DNA of 64,000 bases from Armatimonadota bacterium (GTDB taxonomy: Bacteria > Armatimonadota > UBA5829 > DSUL01): positions 64,001 through 128,000 of the forward strand of contig JBDHZC010000006.1 of NCBI GenBank assembly GCA_039811685.1, written 5' to 3'. The notes under the pieces were generated by a model. It did no database searches and was not told where the DNA came from. It saw only the letters and a program-made list of their open reading frames with translations. A program made the position numbers and the translations under genes. Positions 57,632-64,000 of the stretch are shown here, in pieces (the first letter of the stretch is position 1; every line of letters begins with the position of its first letter).

Positions 57632-58420
57632 TTAGACTTCTTTATTACCGGAAGGAGAAGGGCGCCGATCAAGCAGAATCCGCTCTGCAAGCGCGAAGTC
57701 GGTCAACTGATCCAAATCTTCACCGATCTCTGGCTCATCACAGACAAGCGCGCGCAGTCTGCCAGGCATCGCTCGCTCAGCCGCCGACTCCAGAGCGCGG
57801 ACACTGACTGCGCCGCTCCATATCTTCTGAGCTGCGATCACTTTCAGCAGCGTCCCGAAACCGACCATTCTCGCCAGCTTCAGCGGCTCTTTCCTGGCTT
57901 TGTAAAGGTCTTGAATGCGGGGCTCGGCGCGAAGGGCAAAATCCTTGTCTATAAGTACTGCATTTCCGCCAGTGAACGTTCCTTCCCTTACTCGAAGAAA
58001 GGTGCGCTTCAGCTCTGGATACCTGGCGTCACAGTCCTGCTTGCGAATGACAGGATAGACAAAGTCTGCGCTCAGTTCAAGCCCCCTGTCCACCAAGCGG
58101 CAAATTGCGGGGCCTTCGATCAGTGGAATGTCAGAGCTGGCCACCAGAATATCCGGCCCGCGCGCCTCGCGCACGCCTCGCATCATATTCTCCAGAAATG
58201 TCTCGCCAGGTTCAATCTGCACATCTCCGTCTCTGGCGTGAGGGCCGACTGTGATAACCCGGCTGATGCGCTGCGAGGACCGCAGAGCCTCCAGAACCCA
58301 GTCAATCATCCGTCGCCCGGCAACTGGCACATCTGATCGCCACTCCACATCGAATGCCTTGCGCACCTCCTCAGTAGCAGGCGCGCCAGCCAGCAGCACG
58401 CATTCAAGTTGAGACGGCAC
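57632..58420 (-). CDS. MobA-like NTP transferase domain protein
   Basis: VLLAG, GRRMIDWVLEAL, SSDIP, GTFTGGN, DLD; GTG overlaps ispE stop. Confidence 0.8.
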   Translation of the reverse strand: MPSQLECVLLAGAPATEEVRKAFDVEWRSDVPVAGRRMIDWVLEALRSSQRISRVITVGPHARDGDVQIEPGETFLENMMRGVREARGPDILVASSDIPLIEGPAICRLVDRGLELSADFVYPVIRKQDCDARYPELKRTFLRVREGTFTGGNAVLIDKDFALRAEPRIQDLYKARKEPLKLARMVGFGTLLKVIAAQKIWSGAVSVRALESAAERAMPGRLRALVCDEPEIGEDLDQLTDFALAERILLDRRPSPSGNKEV

Positions 58421-59277
58421 TAAAGGGCGCTCCGCTCTGGCAGGCCTGAAGCCACTGCGCGCCAAACATCCGAGAAGTCTTCCGTAGCGCGCTCTGCTGC
58501 TTCACGAGTCGGGAAAATCCCAAACACCGCAGACCCGCTCCCGCACAAAAGCGCCCCCCGTGCACCGGCCCGCTCCAGACGGGCTTTCAGGTCTGCAATC
58601 TCCGGAAAACGACTGAACACTGCCATCTCGAAGTCGTTGCCCAGGAGACCGGGCACAGCATCGCTATCCCCGCTTTCAAGCGCCTGAGCCATCCGCGCAG
58701 CAAAGTGACCTTTCCTCACGCCGCCCGCTTTGTCCAGCTCGCGATAGGCCCAGCCGGTGGGCACTCCGACATCAGGCTTCACAATGAGAAAGTGCAGCTT
58801 CATCCGCGTGCGGACAGGTGCAAGCTCTTCCCCGCGCCCCCTGCCCCTCGCGCAGCCTCCCTCCAGAAAAAACGCGACATCAGATCCCAGAGTTGCGGCA
58901 AGGTGTCTCAGGTTCTGGCTAGACTGGCTAAAGTGAGCCGCCGCACGCAGAGCCGAGGCAGCATCCGACGAGCCACTGCCCAGGCCAGCCTCCACGGGGA
59001 TGCGTTTCCAGAGCCTTTGACTCACGCCGGAACATCCGGGCAGTGCATGCGCAGCTTTTACGACGAGATTGTCCGCCCCGGACGGCGCAATTCCTTCTTC
59101 CAGTTTGAAGTCAAATGAACCTGGTGTTGAAGCGACTTCCAGCGTATCCGCCAGGTCTATTTCGTAGAAAACAGTATCAATATCGTGGAAGCCGTCCGGA
59201 CGGGTACCGTAAACATCCAGCGCCAGGTTGACCTTGGCATAGCAGGACAGCGTGAGGGGCGTGGCGTTGACATTCAT
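58420..59277 (-). CDS. ispE: 4-diphosphocytidyl-2-C-methyl-D-erythritol kinase
   Basis: AKVNLAL, DGFH, IPVEAGLGSGSSDAA, LGSDV, NDFE, GSGSAVF. Confidence 0.96.
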   Translation of the reverse strand: MNVNATPLTLSCYAKVNLALDVYGTRPDGFHDIDTVFYEIDLADTLEVASTPGSFDFKLEEGIAPSGADNLVVKAAHALPGCSGVSQRLWKRIPVEAGLGSGSSDAASALRAAAHFSQSSQNLRHLAATLGSDVAFFLEGGCARGRGRGEELAPVRTRMKLHFLIVKPDVGVPTGWAYRELDKAGGVRKGHFAARMAQALESGDSDAVPGLLGNDFEMAVFSRFPEIADLKARLERAGARGALLCGSGSAVFGIFPTREAAERATEDFSDVWRAVASGLPERSAL

Positions 59278-59325
59278 AGGAGCAGACGCATTATAGCAGT
59301 TGCGCCTGCCACATGGAAACGATCT

Positions 59326-60057
59326 TCAGTACGTCCACGGATAGGTTGCGGCCGGTGAGAACTTCACGTTGCCGCCCTTGATCATCAGCGAAAGCACGCC
59401 CTGGTCGCCTTTCATACTCATCGCATGCAGGAAGTCAGACACAACCGGCCCACCCATCTCCTTGGCTGTCTGCCGGCTCTGGGCGGAAAATTCATTGTTC
59501 AGGACAATGCCCGGATCGTCCAGATCAACGTCCAGCCTGCCCGGGGAGAGGTAGTCGTTTGGACCGTAGATGTGTGGCCAGAAGTGATAACTCGCCTGGA
59601 AGAACTGGGGTGGATTGGTCCCAGGAGTCTGAACAAGAACGTAACCCGTGCCCGGATCGTTGACTTTGCTGGCCTTCACGCACCAGAAGACTTTGCCAGT
59701 CTTGGCATAGGGATAGAGTGGGCCAAGGCCGTCATACTGTTTCTTGAAGTCTGTGGTTCCTGGCCACGATTTGGGAGCGGGAGGCATGAAACCTCTAAAA
59801 TCGTCCGCATACTGAGTGAGGGCGATGTAAATCTGGTGCAGATTGCTGGTACACGTCGCCAACCTTCCCCGCTCTCGCGCCTGGGCAAAGACTGGAAAGA
59901 GAATGGCCGCCAGTATAGCGATGATAGCTATGACAACCAGCAGTTCAATGAGTGTGAACCCTCGCCTGGACTCTCGGAGCGGAATGCGCAGACTGCACGG
60001 CGCGGCTTCTGCGCGAACGAAGATGGCTCGTTTCGCACTTCGCATTTCTTGACTCAT
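59326..60057 (-). CDS. Prepilin-type N-terminal cleavage / DUF1559-type protein
   Basis: [37 protein letters not shown]. Confidence 0.88.
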   Translation of the reverse strand: MSQEMRSAKRAIFVRAEAAPCSLRIPLRESRRGFTLIELLVVIAIIAILAAILFPVFAQARERGRLATCTSNLHQIYIALTQYADDFRGFMPPAPKSWPGTTDFKKQYDGLGPLYPYAKTGKVFWCVKASKVNDPGTGYVLVQTPGTNPPQFFQASYHFWPHIYGPNDYLSPGRLDVDLDDPGIVLNNEFSAQSRQTAKEMGGPVVSDFLHAMSMKGDQGVLSLMIKGGNVKFSPAATYPWTY

Positions 60058-60345
60058 TTTAATCCCCCTGTGCCCCACCACCTCTTCATACTACTGCTGA
60101 GACTCTGCAAAGTCAATACAGAGAAAGTCTTGTGAGGGAAGCTTGAAATCTCCGGGCAGAACTTGTGAAATACTGGACAACTTCGACACGGTCCCGGCAA
60201 TCGCATGAGGCGCCGGAAGGCGCCGTCTGGAGGCAACTACTGCGTAGTGGAGACGCCGGTCTAAGCTGCGTGAGAGAGGGTTCACAGGCAAAACAAGCCC
60301 GGCGCGAAGCGCAGAATTTATCACATCTCAGACCCTTGGATTTCA

Positions 60346-60375
60346 TTGGAACTCCTGTGCAGTGTTTGCTATAAT
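60346..60375 (+). promoter_or_regulatory. dnaA promoter
   Basis: TTGGAA-18nt-TATAAT with TGn extension. Confidence 0.6.
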
Positions 60376-60466
60376 TGCGGCCGGTGGAGACCATGCCGCC
60401 GCGGCAAAACTTCTCCCTGCCGGACCAAGGGAGAAGGTCTGAGTAGTCGTCAGGAGAGGGGTAGGA

Positions 60467-61861
60467 GTGCGTCAGAAAAACCAGTTGCGATTCGGAGAGG
60501 AAGAGAGTCTGATTGCACTGCGCACAGCCTGGAGCCGGGCGCTTGAGGATCTGGAGCGCCAGATCAACAAGCCTCTTTTCGAAAGCTGTCTCAGCACCGT
60601 TACGCCAATCGCGATGGAAGGGGAAAACGCAGTCCTCAGCGCGACCAGCGAGTTTGCCAAGTACTGGATTGAGAACAAGTATCTCTCGACAATCCAGCAA
60701 GCTCTGAGCGCTCATCTGGGCCTGCCAGTGAGAGTATCTGTACGGCTGGTTCAAGATCAGTCTCAGCAAGGTCCGCTGGACAATCTGGAGGCTCCAGAGC
60801 CCAGAATCGAGCGCAAGCCTGGCAAAGGTGAGCTTGAGTTTGTCCTCAACGAGCACTTCACCTTCGACAACTTTGTTGTGGGCGCATCGAACCGGATGGC
60901 GTTCGCCGCGAGCCAGGCCGTTGCGAAATCTCCTGGCGCCAGCTACAACCCGCTGTTCATCTATGGCGGTCCGGGGCTGGGGAAAACTCATCTCCTTCAA
61001 GCGATCGGGCATTTCGTACGGAAATACCACCCGGACATGGGCATTCAGTACACGAGCGCTGAGACGTTTACGTGTGACTATGTGGCGGCAGTCAGCGACC
61101 GCAAGACCGCACAGTTCCGGCGTCGTTATCGGAACATTGACGTATGGCTGGTGGACGACATACAGTTTCTGGCGGGCAAGGAGCGCACGAAAGAGGAGTT
61201 TTTCCACACTTTCAATTCACTGCACGAAGTCGGACGGCAGATCGTTCTCACCAGCGACAAGCCACCCAAGGAACTGGAGTTGGACTTGCGTCTGTCATCG
61301 CGCTTTGAGGCCGGCCTGGTCGTAGACGTTGCTCCGCCGGACCTCGAGACGCGCATGGCCATCATCCAGTCCAAAGCTCAGAAGCGCGACATGACCATTC
61401 CCAACGATGTTGTGCTTTACATGGCGCGTCTGATCCGCTCCAATATCCGCGCCATCGAGGGCGCTCTGCTGAGGATTCACGCCTACGCGGCGATGATGCA
61501 CGAACCCGTAAGCACCGACATGGCAACGGACATCCTTGCCCGTTATTTTGAAGAACCAAAAGAGAATATCATCACGCCAGACACTGTGCAGGAAGTCGTC
61601 GCGCGGCACTTCAGGGTGGATGTAAAAACCCTTAACAGCCCGTCAAGACAATCCGATGTCGTGATGGCGCGGCAGGTGGCAATGTACCTCATCCGCCAGC
61701 TCACGCAGTCATCGTTGCCCACTATTGGCAAAGCGTTCGGCGGCAAGGATCACTCAACAGTGCTGCACGCCATCAACAAGATCAGCAAGCTGGTGCTGCA
61801 GAACTCTCAGGTTGCGGACGATATCAGCGCTCTCAGCCGCGAGCTTCAGTCCGGCAACTGA
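60467..61861 (+). CDS. dnaA: Chromosomal replication initiator
   Basis: FTFDNFVVG, YNPLFIYGGPGLGKTHLL, VDDIQF, SRF, NIRAIEGAL, RQVAMYL, GGKDHSTVLHA. Confidence 0.97.
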   Translation: MRQKNQLRFGEEESLIALRTAWSRALEDLERQINKPLFESCLSTVTPIAMEGENAVLSATSEFAKYWIENKYLSTIQQALSAHLGLPVRVSVRLVQDQSQQGPLDNLEAPEPRIERKPGKGELEFVLNEHFTFDNFVVGASNRMAFAASQAVAKSPGASYNPLFIYGGPGLGKTHLLQAIGHFVRKYHPDMGIQYTSAETFTCDYVAAVSDRKTAQFRRRYRNIDVWLVDDIQFLAGKERTKEEFFHTFNSLHEVGRQIVLTSDKPPKELELDLRLSSRFEAGLVVDVAPPDLETRMAIIQSKAQKRDMTIPNDVVLYMARLIRSNIRAIEGALLRIHAYAAMMHEPVSTDMATDILARYFEEPKENIITPDTVQEVVARHFRVDVKTLNSPSRQSDVVMARQVAMYLIRQLTQSSLPTIGKAFGGKDHSTVLHAINKISKLVLQNSQVADDISALSRELQSGN

Positions 61862-61883
61862 CCTTAGCAGCGTTTCCCCATTC

Positions 61884-61919
61884 AAAAAAAGCGCTGACCG
61901 GAATCTCTCTGGTCAGCGC
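61884..61919 (-). terminator. Intrinsic terminator of PEP-CTERM gene
   Basis: Plus strand A7-GCGCTGACCGGA-loop-TCTGGTCAGCGC, so the T-run is on the minus strand. Confidence 0.8.
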
Positions 61920-61948
61920 ACAGAACTCAGGTTAGCTGTAGAGCTGGA

Positions 61949-62701
61949 CTACTTGCGGCGCCGGAACATTGTCCCGGCAAATCCGACGAGCCCGGCGCCC
62001 AGAGCCAGCATGCTGGCGGGCTCGGGGGTGACGAAGGTGATATCGTCGTAGTACATTCCCGCGCCGTTGTTCGAGAGGCCGCTGCCAATACGAACAAACG
62101 TCAGCGGATAGGTATTTGCGGCAGGCAGAGTAATGTCGGCAAAGAGGTTGCCATCCAGCCACATCTGGAAGTGGCCATCCCCGCCCTGCTTAATACGCGC
62201 TGTATGCCAGCCAACCGAACGTGAGAAGCCGGTGTTGAACCAGCCGGCTGCCGGAGGCGTGCCACCATAGAGAATGCGTGCGTTGTACTGAGCTGTATTG
62301 GCAGGCGCTGCATTGTAGTTGCCAATGGCAAAGAGCTGTTGCAGTGTCCCACTTATGCCGCCACTGGAGTAGCTGCCCAGCTGGATCCAGTTCCTCTGGC
62401 CGGTATTGATGGCGGTGTCGTAGAAGCTCCAGGACAGATCCCAGTCCTTCTCGGCGTTGTTAATCTGATGCCAGATGTAGCCGATTGGTGCAGACCCAGT
62501 AGGAGCAGATGCAATAAGAGCGCTGTGAGTCGGGCTCACAGACTGGTCTGATGATATAGCCACCCCAAACGCACCGGCATTCACCTCGTTCCACGCACCG
62601 AGGCCACTTTCAAAGTCCTCAGTCCACGTGAAGGACGCGGCGCTTGCAGAAACCGCCGAAGCGACTATCAGTGCGGCGCCCAAAGCGAAGAGACGTCTCA
62701 T
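61949..62701 (-). CDS. PEP-CTERM protein with lectin-like domain
   Basis: AAGGAG RBS, signal peptide, C-terminal TPEPASMLALGAGLVGFAGTMFRRRK. Confidence 0.92.
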   Translation of the reverse strand: MRRLFALGAALIVASAVSASAASFTWTEDFESGLGAWNEVNAGAFGVAISSDQSVSPTHSALIASAPTGSAPIGYIWHQINNAEKDWDLSWSFYDTAINTGQRNWIQLGSYSSGGISGTLQQLFAIGNYNAAPANTAQYNARILYGGTPPAAGWFNTGFSRSVGWHTARIKQGGDGHFQMWLDGNLFADITLPAANTYPLTFVRIGSGLSNNGAGMYYDDITFVTPEPASMLALGAGLVGFAGTMFRRRK

Positions 62702-63232
62702 AGGTTTTCTCCTTCTACATCAGGGCAGCTTGGTGCCCTTGTTTATTCAGGGCTCCGTTCGCAGCCCCCACATACGGAGAGATCGTTGTCTCTCCTCCGG
62801 GCAGCTCTCAAAGGACGCCACTCCGGTGTTTCCTCATTGAATGCGGCCGGACAATCGGCCTTCGCAGCCGGATTAACGGCCACACGAATCGGGCATGGCT
62901 GGCTTTCTTGCCACCTGCCACGCACCCGGGACTTGCGCCAGCGATCTCCCTCGGCCCGAAAAAGACATCGGAGCCAACCGTGGAAGCTCACACCTCCATG
63001 CGAACTGCTGGAAACCGGGGCGGATGATACAGGCAGGCCTCTCAGGCCACCTTGCCCTGGACCTCTAGCGGGTCTTCTGAAGAGAAACAGATTGGAACAC
63101 GCCGCCGCACATCACTGCGTCACCGGTTCCGCTGATTTTCCCACATTTATTGTCTTATATTCTGCCGGCCTTGTCAACGCATCGCGCCAATTTAGGTATA
63201 TTCTACAGGCTGGCGAGTGTGGTGGTGGGCGT

Positions 63233-63261
63233 TTGACACGATGCGGGCGCATGGCTAAGAT
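63233..63261 (+). promoter_or_regulatory. Sigma70 promoter of translin gene
   Basis: TTGACA-17nt-TAAGAT. Confidence 0.7.
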
Positions 63262-63288
63262 GATCGAAAGCGGTTTAGTTTAACGGGT

Positions 63289-63921
63289 ATGGACCAACTC
63301 AGAGCTATTGCAGAGAAGCTCCGGCAGACGCTGGAGGACAAGAATACGGTGCGGGAACAGGCGCTGAAACTCTCTCGCGAGGCTATCCGGTGCTCCGCAA
63401 ACTCCATCCGCGCAACGCACCGCAGCCAGTGGGATGAGGCAGAAACTTTGTTGGCCGAGTCCAGGCGGCGCGTGCGGGAGTGTCAGGAGCTGTTGCAAGA
63501 CCACCAGGACATCTACTACGCGGGTTATACGCAGGATGCTCAGAAAGAGTACGCGGAAGCAGAGCTGGCAATGGCGATAATGCGCGGGAATCCCCTCAAG
63601 AGCGCGGAGGAGCTTGAAGTGGAGGCCGCCCCGTATCTGAACGCGCTTGGAGAGGCGATTGGCGAGACGCGGCGGCATGTGCTGGACGTCATGCGCAAGG
63701 GCGATCTCGCGCGAGCAGAAAAGCTGCTGGATATTATGGATGAAGCGTACTACACTCTTGTGACATTCGACTATCCGGACGCCATTACAAACGGACTGAG
63801 GCGCACGACAGATATGGTGCGCGGTGTGCTGGAGCGCACACGCAGCGATCTAACGGTCAGCATGCAACAGCGGGAGTTGGAGAAGACGATTGCTGAGGCG
63901 GTGAGCAAACTGGAACGCTAG
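63289..63921 (+). CDS. Translin/TRAX (C3PO) family protein
   Basis: REQALKLSR..IR.S...IR..H, QKEYAEA, YLNALGEAIGETRR, LRRTTD..R..LERTR. Confidence 0.88.
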   Translation: MDQLRAIAEKLRQTLEDKNTVREQALKLSREAIRCSANSIRATHRSQWDEAETLLAESRRRVRECQELLQDHQDIYYAGYTQDAQKEYAEAELAMAIMRGNPLKSAEELEVEAAPYLNALGEAIGETRRHVLDVMRKGDLARAEKLLDIMDEAYYTLVTFDYPDAITNGLRRTTDMVRGVLERTRSDLTVSMQQRELEKTIAEAVSKLER

Positions 63922-64000
63922 GTTGCGCTTTGCGCCTGGGCAAGGTTTGGACGGCCGGTTACCGCGCGTGGAAATGACGCCTGGCAGCCGGTCTTTTTTC

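Noticed and set aside
60163..60180. Second Rex-like site TTGTGAAATACTGGACAA
   Set aside because: The right half-site is poor and the flanking genes give no redox context.
60113..61207. 364-aa minus-strand ORF
   Set aside because: Shadow of dnaA.
63020..63065. c-di-GMP-I riboswitch in the PEP-CTERM leader
   Set aside because: GGGCAA is present, but the downstream GCAAAG element and P3 arrangement are not.
1..64000. CRISPR array, tRNA/rRNA, IS or prophage, defence system
   Set aside because: I saw no regularly spaced repeats, RNA gene signatures, transposase, integrase or defence motifs by eye.

Overview
GC-rich bacterial chromosome segment, inferred to be Armatimonadota from the combination of PEP-CTERM proteins, prepilin/DUF1559-type proteins and a lineage-type C-terminal domain on secreted proteins. 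Housekeeping genes include nadA, gdhA, rpmH-rnpA-yidD-yidC-jag-mnmE, ispE, dxs and a solitary dnaA. I found no rRNA, tRNA, CRISPR array or mobile element. Main points: (1) Four unrelated secreted proteins share a ~200-aa domain. In a tandem paralog pair this domain takes the place of a PEP-CTERM tail. A repeat-built outer-membrane beta-barrel with a SprA-like motif lies among these genes, so this is a candidate undescribed surface-display or secretion system. (2) A clade II nitrous-oxide reductase operon has a probably membrane-anchored NosZ, a NosD-NosF fusion and a Rex-like operator. (3) A tightly coupled DUF6754-type membrane-protein operon precedes a hexaheme cytochrome. (4) There are several candidate structured RNAs, a CTG start codon, a GltD-like protein lacking its NAD(P)H domain and a bacterial translin. 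All family calls come from reading motifs by eye; no database search was run.
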